Shown piece by piece: positions 27,097-35,663 of a DNA stretch of 64,000 nucleotides. The notes beneath the pieces were generated by a model that did no database searches, was not told the origin of the DNA, and worked only from the letters and a program-made list of their open reading frames with translations. Numbering within the stretch: the stretch's first letter is position 1; each line of letters begins with the position of its first letter. This stretch comes from Dehalococcoidia bacterium. GTDB taxonomy: Bacteria > Chloroflexota > Dehalococcoidia > Lucifugimonadales > Australimonadaceae. The stretch covers positions 1,608,301 through 1,672,300 of the forward strand of contig CBDFJL010000003.1 of the NCBI GenBank assembly GCA_965248495.1, written 5' to 3'. Both the position numbers and the translations under genes were made by a program.

Positions 27097-27493
27097 GCGC
27101 CTCCTCGCGGCGCTGGCCGCCGGGCACAGCGACAAGGTGCTGGTTGCAGCGACGCTTGACGACCAGGGCTGGCCACACCCGTCGCTCCTGGCCGCCGCGT
27201 CGGTCGAGCCGACTGGGGAGCGGACGCTGCGCGTCACGCTGGCCGAGGCCAGCCGGACCGCCGTCAATCTCGCCCGTGACGGGAAGCTCACTCTCGTGTT
27301 CGTCGACCCCGACATGGTCTACTACCTCAAGGTGCGTGCCGCCTCCGGGACCACGAACGAGGGCGATGGGCTGGTGAGCTTCGAGGCCCTTGTCGAAGAC
27401 GTGCTGGCCGACACGCCCGCGCCCGACGAGGCTGGCTCAGTCATTAGCACTGGGATAACCTTCCGCCACGCTGCCCCTGGGCAAGCTGGCTGA
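27065..27493 (+). CDS. small PNPOx-like (FMN-binding split-barrel) protein, tentative
   Basis: 142 aa with GGGGAGG 6 nt upstream of the ATG. It overlaps the ubiX end by 32 nt. Composition and pattern resemble the pyridoxamine-phosphate-oxidase-like fold, but I recognised no firm motif. Confidence 0.45.
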   Translation: MSKSVGNRLPERLLAALAAGHSDKVLVAATLDDQGWPHPSLLAAASVEPTGERTLRVTLAEASRTAVNLARDGKLTLVFVDPDMVYYLKVRAASGTTNEGDGLVSFEALVEDVLADTPAPDEAGSVISTGITFRHAAPGQAG

Positions 27494-27512
27494 AAGCCCC
27501 GGGGTACCCAAT

Positions 27513-28382
27513 ATGTATAGGTTTGAATATGCCCAGGCGGGGACCATCGACGAGGCCACCCAACTGCTCTCCGGTGAGAGCGACGCGCTGGTGCTCGCCG
27601 GGGGAACGGCAGCCGTAGTCCTGCTGAACCTTGGCCTGCTGCGGCCGAGCCTCGTCGTCGACATCGGTGGCATCGGTGGCCTGCATGGGGCAGGGGAGGC
27701 CGGCGGCGCCTATCGCCTCGGTGCGTTGACGAGCATACGTGAGATCGAGACTTCCGAGCGGGTCAAGGGTCGCTACCCGGTGCTCGCCGAGGCCGCGGCG
27801 CAGGTGGGCAGCGTCCGCGTCCGTAACGCCGCCACCGTCGGCGGCGCCATCGCCTACGGCGAGCCGCAGACCGACGTGCCCGTGGCCCTGGTTGCGCTGG
27901 GCGCATCCGTCGAGCTGGCCTCGCGGGATGGTCGGCGGAGCATGCCGCTGGCGGACTTCTTTCACGCCCCCTACGAGACCGACCTCGCGCCCGGCGAGCT
28001 GGTGACCGAGGTCACGGTTCCGCCCATGGGCTCAGGGACAGGCGGCTGCCATGTGAAGTTCACCATCGGTTCCATGGAGCACAAGCCGGTGGCCAACGTG
28101 TCGGCGATCGTTCGGCTGGACGCTGCGGGAGCATGCGAAGACGTGCGCATCGTCGCCGGCGCCGTCGGGCCAACGCCGTTCGTCGCGCAGCGGGCGGCGT
28201 CGATGCTGCGGGGCGCGAAGCCGTCCGACCGCGAGATCGAGCAAGCTGCGCAGGCGGCCAGCGAGGATGTCGAGCCCATCGACGACCTGCGGGGCTCTGT
28301 GTGGTACAAGCGCCGCATCGTGAAGGTGCTGGTGGAAAGGGGGCTGCGGTGCGCGATGCTCCGAGCGAAAGCCACAAAGTAG
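27513..28382 (+). CDS. molybdenum hydroxylase FAD-binding (medium) subunit, set 2
   Basis: LAGGTAAVVLLNLG, and the C-terminal DDLRGSVWYKRRI. Confidence 0.85.
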   Translation: MYRFEYAQAGTIDEATQLLSGESDALVLAGGTAAVVLLNLGLLRPSLVVDIGGIGGLHGAGEAGGAYRLGALTSIREIETSERVKGRYPVLAEAAAQVGSVRVRNAATVGGAIAYGEPQTDVPVALVALGASVELASRDGRRSMPLADFFHAPYETDLAPGELVTEVTVPPMGSGTGGCHVKFTIGSMEHKPVANVSAIVRLDAAGACEDVRIVAGAVGPTPFVAQRAASMLRGAKPSDREIEQAAQAASEDVEPIDDLRGSVWYKRRIVKVLVERGLRCAMLRAKATK

Positions 28383-30676
28383 TCGGCACGTCTCCACCGA
28401 CGCTCGAGGCCGCGGACAAGGCCACCGGGCGCACTGTCTATCTGCCCGACTTCGACGTGCCCGGCATGGCGCATGCCAAGGTACTCAGGAGCCCGTTTGC
28501 CCACGCGCGGCTCGTCTCCATCGACGCCTCCCGTGCGAACGCGCTGGACGGCGTGGTCTGCGTGCTCACACGCGAGGAGCTGCTGGCCGACCCCCGTGTC
28601 GAGGCCATGTACGGCTACGTGTTCCGGGACTCGCCGATCGTCGCGCTGGACCGCGTGCGCTACCAGGGGGACATCGTCGCGGTGGTGGTGGCCGATGAGC
28701 TCCAGACCGCTGAGGAGGCGCTGGAGCTCGTCGACGTTGAGTACGAGGAGCTGCCCTACGTCTTGGACGCCGAGCAGGCGATGGAGCCGGGTGCGCCCCT
28801 CGTCCACGACGAGATGCTGCCCATCGCCTCGGAGCTGCACCCGGTCGACGGCACCAACATCTGCCACCGAACGACGCTGGAGACCGGCGACGTGGCGAAG
28901 GGCTTCGCGGAGGCCTACGCAATCTTCGAGGACATGTACGAAGCGCCGCCCGTCCAGCACTGCGCTTTGGAGTTGCACGCCGTCATCGCCGACGTGCGAG
29001 ACGACGCCATGACGGTGTGGACGAATTGCCAGGCACCGTTCCCCTTGCGAACGGAGCTGGAGCGCATCTTCAAGCGCCCGGCTCGCGTCATCGTGTCCTA
29101 CGTTGGCGGCGGCTTCGGCAGCAAGAGCCGCGACCGCATCGAGGCGGTGGTCGCCGCTGCGTCCAATCTGGCCCGACGCCCGGTCCGCTTGGTGCTGACC
29201 CAGGAGGAGACCTTCCTCGGGGGGTACATTCGGCCCGCCTTCAAGTGCTGGATCAAGACCGGAGTGAAGGGCGACGGCACCATCGTGGCCCGCCAGTACC
29301 GCTTCGTGACCGACGTCGGCGGCTACGCCATCACGGGGGCGCGGAGCGCCAACAATACCGTCAAGGTCGCCACGGGCCCGTATCGCATCCCCAACGTGTT
29401 CGTCGAGTGCTTCGCGGTGTACACCAACAAGCCTCCGTCGGCTCCCTACCGGGGCCTGCCGACCACCCAGCACACGATGGCCTACGAGTCCCAGCTGGAC
29501 CGCATCGCACACGAGTTGGGCATCGACCCGGTGGAAATCCGGATGCGCAATCTGCTGGTCGAGGGTGACGTGCATGTCACTGGGGACCTCATCCGCTCGT
29601 CCCACGCCAAGGAGTGCCTGGCACAGACCGTCGAGGCCCTGGGCGAGCGCCCATCTCCACCGACGGCGGGCGTGCTGCGCGGTCGCGGCTTCTCCAGCAC
29701 CATCAAATACACCCTGACCCCGCCGCGGAGCTCCGTCGAGTCGGAGGCAGTCGTCGCGCTGGGGACGGACGGTGTTTACGAAGTGCGCGTCGCGACGGTG
29801 AACATCGGGCAGGGGTCCGATACCACGATGGCGCAGATCGCGGCCGAGGCCCTCGGCGCGACGCTGGCCGACATGCGGGTCGTCCACAGCGACACCGGGT
29901 TGGTTCCCCCCGACACGAGCACCACGGCCAGCCGGTCGACCTTCCACATGGGCAACGCGGTCCTCGATGCCGCGACCAAGCTGCGCGCGGAGATCATCGA
30001 CGTCTCGTCGGCGCTGCTCGAAGAGGAGGCGGAGGCCCTCGCGCTTGACGGCTCAGCCGTCCGAGTCGCTGCCGCCCCCGAGCGCCGCATCGGCCTCGTC
30101 GAGTTGGTGGAGGCGCAGGGCGGTCCGCTATCGATGTCCGGCGAGTGCGAGGTTGGCGGCACCTACGTTGACGCCGAAGGCCGCAGCTACCCGATCAGCT
30201 CCACCTTCTGGACCTTCGCGTCGGCCGGCGCTGACGTGGAGGTGTCCATGGAAACGGGTGAGGTTCGTCTGACCAAGGTCTCCTCCGCGGCGAACGTCGG
30301 CAAGGCCATCAACCCCGTGTCGGTCCACAGGCAGATCGAGGGAGGACTCGGCATGGAGCTGGGCCCGACGCTCTTTGAGCGGCTCGTGTGGGACGACACG
30401 GGCCAGTTGTTGACCTCGTCGCTGCTGGACTACCCGCTGCCGACGATGTCGACGATGCCCGAGTACGCGACCGCGCTCGTCGAGCCCCACTTCGAGGGCG
30501 GCCCATACGGCGCCAAGGGCATGGGAGAGGTTGGGTCCGTGGTGCTGCCGGCCGCCGTCCTGAACGCAGTCTACGACGCCACGGGTGTGCTCTTCCACAG
30601 CGTCCCATTGGACCCGGAGACCGTGCTGCGGGCGCTAGCGGAGGCCGCGGGCGAAGCCCCGGAGGAGCTCAAATGA
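28349..30676 (+). CDS. molybdopterin-binding large subunit (xanthine dehydrogenase family), set 2
   Basis: GTG 28349 follows GGAAAGGGGG. Blocks include GGGFGSK and APYRGLP. The track ORF from 28133 overlaps the FAD-subunit gene. Confidence 0.9.
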   Translation: MRDAPSESHKVVGTSPPTLEAADKATGRTVYLPDFDVPGMAHAKVLRSPFAHARLVSIDASRANALDGVVCVLTREELLADPRVEAMYGYVFRDSPIVALDRVRYQGDIVAVVVADELQTAEEALELVDVEYEELPYVLDAEQAMEPGAPLVHDEMLPIASELHPVDGTNICHRTTLETGDVAKGFAEAYAIFEDMYEAPPVQHCALELHAVIADVRDDAMTVWTNCQAPFPLRTELERIFKRPARVIVSYVGGGFGSKSRDRIEAVVAAASNLARRPVRLVLTQEETFLGGYIRPAFKCWIKTGVKGDGTIVARQYRFVTDVGGYAITGARSANNTVKVATGPYRIPNVFVECFAVYTNKPPSAPYRGLPTTQHTMAYESQLDRIAHELGIDPVEIRMRNLLVEGDVHVTGDLIRSSHAKECLAQTVEALGERPSPPTAGVLRGRGFSSTIKYTLTPPRSSVESEAVVALGTDGVYEVRVATVNIGQGSDTTMAQIAAEALGATLADMRVVHSDTGLVPPDTSTTASRSTFHMGNAVLDAATKLRAEIIDVSSALLEEEAEALALDGSAVRVAAAPERRIGLVELVEAQGGPLSMSGECEVGGTYVDAEGRSYPISSTFWTFASAGADVEVSMETGEVRLTKVSSAANVGKAINPVSVHRQIEGGLGMELGPTLFERLVWDDTGQLLTSSLLDYPLPTMSTMPEYATALVEPHFEGGPYGAKGMGEVGSVVLPAAVLNAVYDATGVLFHSVPLDPETVLRALAEAAGEAPEELK

Positions 30677-31158
30677 ACGTGGAGCTGACGGTGAACGGCG
30701 AGCAGCACCGGGTCGACGTCGAACCGTGGCGCACGCTGCTATCGGTGTTGCGGGAAGACCTCGGCCTGACGGGGACCAAGAGCTACTGCTACTCGGGGGC
30801 GTGCGGCGCCTGCACGGTGCTGCTGGACGGTGAGTCGGCTTCGGCCTGCAGCCTCCTGGCGCCGCAGGTGCGTGGCCGGGCGGTGACGACGATTGAGGGG
30901 CTCACGCCCCTGGGTGAAGAGCCAACGTCCCAGGGCGCCCTCCACCCTATCCAACAGGCGTACATCGACCACTGGGGCTTGCAGTGTGGTTACTGCACGC
31001 CGGGCATGGTGTTGCTGACGAAGGCGCTGCTCGATGCCAATCCACACCCGACGGACGAGGAGATCGTCCGCCACATGAGTGGGAACATCTGTCGCTGCAC
31101 GGGCTACGCCGGGATCATGGAGTCGGTCCGCGCTGCTGCGGCCGCGCTGGGAGGCTGA
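30673..31158 (+). CDS. molybdenum hydroxylase [2Fe-2S] (small) subunit, set 2
   Basis: CYSGACGACTV, CGYCTPGM and CRCTGY. ATGA overlap with the large-subunit stop. Confidence 0.9.
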   Translation: MNVELTVNGEQHRVDVEPWRTLLSVLREDLGLTGTKSYCYSGACGACTVLLDGESASACSLLAPQVRGRAVTTIEGLTPLGEEPTSQGALHPIQQAYIDHWGLQCGYCTPGMVLLTKALLDANPHPTDEEIVRHMSGNICRCTGYAGIMESVRAAAAALGG

Positions 31159-31161
31159 GCC

Positions 31162-32213
31162 ATGGACGTCTATCGGCGCATCGTTCGGCCTATTCTGTTC
31201 CGGCTGACCGCGGACCAAGCGCATGGCCTCGCGAGGCTGGTGCTGCGGCTCGGGCCACTATGGCGGCTCATCGGGCTCTCATCTCGCTCCGGCAGCCCCC
31301 GGCTAAGGACGACGATGCACACGCCGATGGGGGAGCTCGCACTGGATAGCCCCATCGGCCTCGCCCCGGGACTCGACAAGGACGGACAGTTCATTCCGGC
31401 GTTGTCTCAGCTCGGCTTCGGGTACCTGGTCGTGGGCTCCATTACTAAGGAGCCGCGTCCCGGCAACCCGTTTCCGCGCCTCGTCCGCTACCCCGATACC
31501 GAGGCGATCGCCAACTCGATGGGGTTGCCAAGCCAGGGCCTGGATCTGGCCATCGAGACGCTTCGCCGCCGGCCCCGGACACGGGCAAAGGTCATTGGCA
31601 GCGTTGCGGGCTTCACGCTCGAAGAGCTGCTGGAGTGCGCCGAGCGCGTCGAGCCTTATGTCGATGCCGTGGAGATCGGGCTGGTCTGCCCGAACACGAC
31701 TCCGGAGGAGCGACTGGAGGAGCTGAGGCTCTTCACCGAGCTGGCGGAGACGCTGGCCGAGCGCCGACGCAAGCCGCTCTTCATCAAGCTGCCCCCCTAT
31801 TTCAACGATGCCGACCGGGACCGTGTCATGGCAATGTTGGACGTGTGCGTCCGGGTCGGCGTCGACGGGGTCAGTCTCCAGGGCAATGGCCGTACCCAGG
31901 AGCCCAGGCTTGGCACGGGGCAGGGCTCGCTTTCGGGCCGGCCGGCGCTGGCTGTACGCTACGCATCACGTGCGAGGTGGCGGACCGCAGCCAGGGGAAG
32001 CTGCTGATTCGCGTCTCGGGCGGCATCTTCACCGGCGCGGAGGCCGCCGAGGTGCTGAGGCAGGGCGCGGACGCTGTGGAGTTCTACACCGCCCTCGTCT
32101 ACCGGGGATGGAACGCCGCCAACGCGATGGCCAGGGAGCTCGACGCCGAGATGAAGCGCGTGGGCGCGGCCCATCCCGCCGACCTCCGGTCGAATCCCCT
32201 GGGCGCGCGCTGA
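31162..32213 (+). pseudogene. dihydroorotate dehydrogenase (PyrD, class-2-like N-terminus) homolog split by a 1-nt frameshift near 31950
   Basis: Frame 1 gives MDVYRRIVRPILFRLTADQAHG...GLAPGLDKDG...VGSITKEPRPGNP...GLVCPNT...GSLSGRPALA. Frame 0 then continues TLRITCEVADRSQGKLLIRVSGGIFTGAEAAEVLRQGADAVEFYTALVY. Together they make a full-length DHODH-like protein. Confidence 0.7.
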
Positions 32214-32214
32214 C

Positions 32215-33000
32215 CTAGGCGCCGGGCAGCTCCGCCAGCTGACTGAGGTAGGCCCAGAGTCCGCTCTGCGCGTGGGTCCGCGCCGAGGTCTCGCCTGGCT
32301 CCCGCTTGAAGTGAGGCAGACTGCTTCGCATCATTGACGATGCGACCCAGTCGTCCACGTCTTCGGTGCTGAGGTGAGGGTGGTCGGGGCCCCCGGCGCA
32401 GCGCGCATACCAATTCATCTTTGCCTGCTCCTCCAGCTCCAGCATGGTGACGACGGCATCTTCCAGCGAAGCGCCCACGGTGATGGCGCCGTGGCCTCGA
32501 AGCAACATGGCCCTCCCGGATCCCATATACCCGGCCACCTCTATGCCGTCCTCCTCGGTGACGATGAGCTGGGAGCGCGGGTATAGGGGGAGCGGGTCGC
32601 GGACGAGGACGTTGCCCTCGTTGCACATAGGGACCAGGTCGCCACCGAGAACGCTGGCCAGGGTGGCAAAGCGTGGGTGCACGTGGACCACCGCCTCGAT
32701 CTCTGGGTGTGAGCGGAACATGCACGCGTGGAGCATGACCTCGCTGACCTGGCTGATGCCCGGTGGGCCCTCGATGAGGTTGGCCCCGAGGTCGCAGACG
32801 ACCATGTCCTCGGGCCTCATGAGGGCCAGTGCGTCGACTGCGTAGCCTCTGCCCTTCGTTACGAACTGGTCGGGAGCGCCGGGGACTCGCACGGATGCGT
32901 GGCCCAGCGACGCCAGCACGCCTTGCGCCATGCCGGTCTGCGCTAGCATGCGATTGGCGCTGGCGGTCTGCGCTTTTACTTCCAGCAAGTCGTCGGGCAT
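32215..33000 (-). CDS. class II aldolase/adducin-family protein
   Basis: 261 aa. The SEVMLHACMFRSHPEIEAVVHVHP metal-His region is typical of the family. Confidence 0.8.
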   Translation of the reverse strand: MPDDLLEVKAQTASANRMLAQTGMAQGVLASLGHASVRVPGAPDQFVTKGRGYAVDALALMRPEDMVVCDLGANLIEGPPGISQVSEVMLHACMFRSHPEIEAVVHVHPRFATLASVLGGDLVPMCNEGNVLVRDPLPLYPRSQLIVTEEDGIEVAGYMGSGRAMLLRGHGAITVGASLEDAVVTMLELEEQAKMNWYARCAGGPDHPHLSTEDVDDWVASSMMRSSLPHFKREPGETSARTHAQSGLWAYLSQLAELPGA

Positions 33001-33111
33001 GGCGCACCTCTGATGGCTTAGTGGGTGGCGGCGGCGCGCGCCGCCGGTGAGAGCGTATCCGATTTCGAATCGTGACTGGCGTGCCCCCGCGCGAGCGCGG
33101 CGATGCCCCGG

Positions 33112-34269
33112 CTAGGCCTGCTCGCCAAGCCAATCTGCGAGCACCGCGTCGGTGTGCTCGCCCAGGCGGGGTGAGGGCCCAGCGGGCCCGGTCTCGGCTT
33201 CAGAAAACCGGAAGGGCGTGTTGGCGACGCGCCAGGTACCAAGCTGGGTGTGTGGGACCTCCGCGATCATGCCGCGCGAGACGACCTGCGGGTCCACAGC
33301 CAGCTGCCCGACGTCGGTGACCGGACCCGCAGGTACGCCGACCGCGCTCAGCCGCCGCAGCCACTCCTCGGTTGGATTCTCCGCGAAGGCTGCGTCCAGC
33401 ACCTCCTCCAGCGCGGTGCGGTTGGCGACCCTGGAGCGGTTGTCGCTGAACCGCGAGTCGTCCGCGAGGGTCGGGCGCGCGATGGCGGCGCAGAAGGCGC
33501 GCCAGAGTTGTGGGTCGTCGGAGAGCAGGGCCACGACGACCTGACCGTCGGCAGTGTCGAAGGTCTGGAATGGCGCGGCGGCCGGGTGTCGGGAGCCGAT
33601 GCGGCCCGGCACCTCCCCCGTGGCGAAGTACCGCCCCAGCGGATTCTCCATGAGCGTCACCTGACAGTCGAGCATGGCCGTGTCGATGTACTGACCCCGC
33701 CCGGTGGCGCTCCGTTGATACAACGCCGTCGTTATGGACAGCGCCGCGAATAGCCCCGCGAGGCTGTCGCCCAGCGATACGCCCGGCCGCAACGGCGCAC
33801 CCCCGGCCTCGCCAGTCACGCTCATCAGTCCGCCCATCGCCTGGACGACGGCGTCCAGCGCGGGGAGCTGCGCGTACGGCCCCTCCTGGCCGAAGCCGGT
33901 GATGGATGCGTAGACCAACCGCGGGTTGTCGCTGGCGAGGTCTGCGTACCCCAGGCCCAGGCGTCCCAGGGTTCCCGGCGCGTAGTTCTCGACGAGCACG
34001 TCGGCCTTCGCGGCCAGCCGCTTGAACGTCTCGCGGTCAGCGTCGTCGAAGATATCCAGGCTGACGGCGCGCTTGCCGCGGTTGACGCTTACGAAGTACG
34101 ACGTGTCATCGCCAACGAGCGGGCCAAGCCGCCGGGCCAGGTCTCCGCCTGGTGGGCGCTCGATCTTCACGACGTCGGCCCCCAGATCCGCCAGCAGCAT
34201 GGTGCAGAACGGGCCGGACAGTATCCGGCTCACGTCGAGCACCTTGATATCGCGAAGCGGTCCGTTCAT
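33112..34269 (-). CDS. family III CoA-transferase (CaiB/BaiF/Frc type)
   Basis: IKVLDVSRILSGPFCTMLLADLGADVVKIERP. ATG 34269 (MNGPLRD) is chosen as the start, and the track ORF reaches 34380. Confidence 0.85.
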   Translation of the reverse strand: MNGPLRDIKVLDVSRILSGPFCTMLLADLGADVVKIERPPGGDLARRLGPLVGDDTSYFVSVNRGKRAVSLDIFDDADRETFKRLAAKADVLVENYAPGTLGRLGLGYADLASDNPRLVYASITGFGQEGPYAQLPALDAVVQAMGGLMSVTGEAGGAPLRPGVSLGDSLAGLFAALSITTALYQRSATGRGQYIDTAMLDCQVTLMENPLGRYFATGEVPGRIGSRHPAAAPFQTFDTADGQVVVALLSDDPQLWRAFCAAIARPTLADDSRFSDNRSRVANRTALEEVLDAAFAENPTEEWLRRLSAVGVPAGPVTDVGQLAVDPQVVSRGMIAEVPHTQLGTWRVANTPFRFSEAETGPAGPSPRLGEHTDAVLADWLGEQA

Positions 34270-34407
34270 GGAGACATCGTGCGGCGTGCCTGCGCGCGGG
34301 GTCGCTGATTTGTTGCGGCGGCTCTCTGCTGGCCGAACCGCAAGCGGGGCGGCACGTCGTTCGTGCCACCCCGCCTTCAATCGCGGTTGGGTCCGCTCAG
34401 TCGGCCG

Positions 34408-35424
34408 CTAGCCGGCCGGCGTCGCGGCGACCTGCTCGACCAGCTTGGGGTTTTCCGCGCGCCGGGTGGAGACGCCCGCCCAGTCTGCGGTCTTCCGGCT
34501 GACCTTGCCGTCACGGAAGAACTCCAGGAACGCCTGGTTGAACATCTCGGGTTGGTCGGTCTGGCCCTGGTGGCCACACTCGTCCGGGTAGAAGAACTGG
34601 ATGTTGTCGAACCCGACGTCCTCCTGCATGAACCCGTTCTCCACGGGGATGAGGACGTCCTGCTTCCCGTAGAGGTAGATGCCGGGGATGGTGAGCTTGT
34701 TGAAGCGGTCCTTGGTGCTCATCCGCGAGGACAGGTTCGGGTCGTTGAGCAGCCCATCGCGGGCCTTAGCGTTGGCCTCGAACGACTGCTTTTGACGGAT
34801 CGCGGCGTTGTTGCGCATCGTGATCAGCTCGGGCCAGATCGCGGACTGCGCGTAGATGATGCCCTCCATGAGGGTGCGCATGCTGGCTTCGGTGAAGTCG
34901 TAGTCAGGACGCACGTAGTCCGGGTTTGCGCTGTACTTGGAGTCCTTGCCGTCCACCCTCAGCGCGGGGTCCACGAGGTCGCCAACGCCGCCGGCGATGA
35001 GCCCGAAGCTCAGGATCCGGTCGGTGTGGTGCATCACGGTCTGCACGGTGTTGGTGCAACCCATTGAGTTGCCAGCCACGTGGAACTTGTCGATGCACAT
35101 TGCATCCGCGAAGTCGATGACGAACTGGACGTGGCTGAGCGTGCCCAGTGTTGGCCAGTACGCCTCGCGCGTGTCCGCCAGGCCGAAGCCGGGCATGTCC
35201 GGGCAGTAGACGCGGAAGCCATTGGCGCCCAGGAACGGGGCCATGAAGCGCCACCCCGCTGTGCCGGAGGAGCCGTTGATGCCGCCGTGGAGCAGAATGA
35301 TCGCGGGCCCCGTGTCGCCGGCGGTCATGTAGTGGGCCTTGGCGCCGTTGGCCAAGCGGACCCACCGGCTTGCCAGCCCTTCGACGTGAACGATGCCTTC
35401 TTCGGTAATTTCCATTTGCGTCAC
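34408..35424 (-). CDS. alpha/beta hydrolase, meta-cleavage-product hydrolase-like (paralog of 8320..9297)
   Basis: GNSMGC elbow, GKQDVL Asp and ECGHQG His. The C-terminal tail VSRKTADWAGVSTRRAENPKLVEQVAATPAG is shared with the paralog. Confidence 0.8.
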   Translation of the reverse strand: MTQMEITEEGIVHVEGLASRWVRLANGAKAHYMTAGDTGPAIILLHGGINGSSGTAGWRFMAPFLGANGFRVYCPDMPGFGLADTREAYWPTLGTLSHVQFVIDFADAMCIDKFHVAGNSMGCTNTVQTVMHHTDRILSFGLIAGGVGDLVDPALRVDGKDSKYSANPDYVRPDYDFTEASMRTLMEGIIYAQSAIWPELITMRNNAAIRQKQSFEANAKARDGLLNDPNLSSRMSTKDRFNKLTIPGIYLYGKQDVLIPVENGFMQEDVGFDNIQFFYPDECGHQGQTDQPEMFNQAFLEFFRDGKVSRKTADWAGVSTRRAENPKLVEQVAATPAG

Positions 35425-35663
35425 TCCTTGGCCTTGTCGGCCCCGCTTTCGGCTCGTCGAGCCGTCCGATGCTGCTGACTCCGATGGCCCGGTACCGCCC
35501 CAAAACGGCCCTAGGCGTCGGCTGAGGGTCGCAGGCTAGCGCTTGGCGGTTGCGTGGTCAACCAACGGGAGGCGGGGCCCGCTCCAGCCGGGCCGTCACT
35601 ACGCCGGTTTGTCGCCCTTCAGCGTGATGCGGTGCATGACGCGGCGGTACCCTTGGGCGTCGC

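Noticed and set aside
27971-29947. 658-aa minus-strand ORF, plus similar long antisense ORFs (14141..15232, 32099..33133, 24156..25226, 25392..26534, 47212..48381, 60591..61754)
   Set aside because: They are Arg/Gly/Ala/Pro-rich with no recognisable motifs. Each lies antisense to a gene with strong family signatures. Such ORFs are typical stop-codon-poor artefacts of high-GC DNA.
24234-30676. Calling the two Mo enzymes carbon monoxide dehydrogenases (CoxLMS)
   Set aside because: Neither large subunit shows the form I CODH active-site loop with Cys (AYxCSFR type). The loops read AGSFRSIGGPQ and APYRGLP, so only the generic xanthine dehydrogenase-family call is justified.
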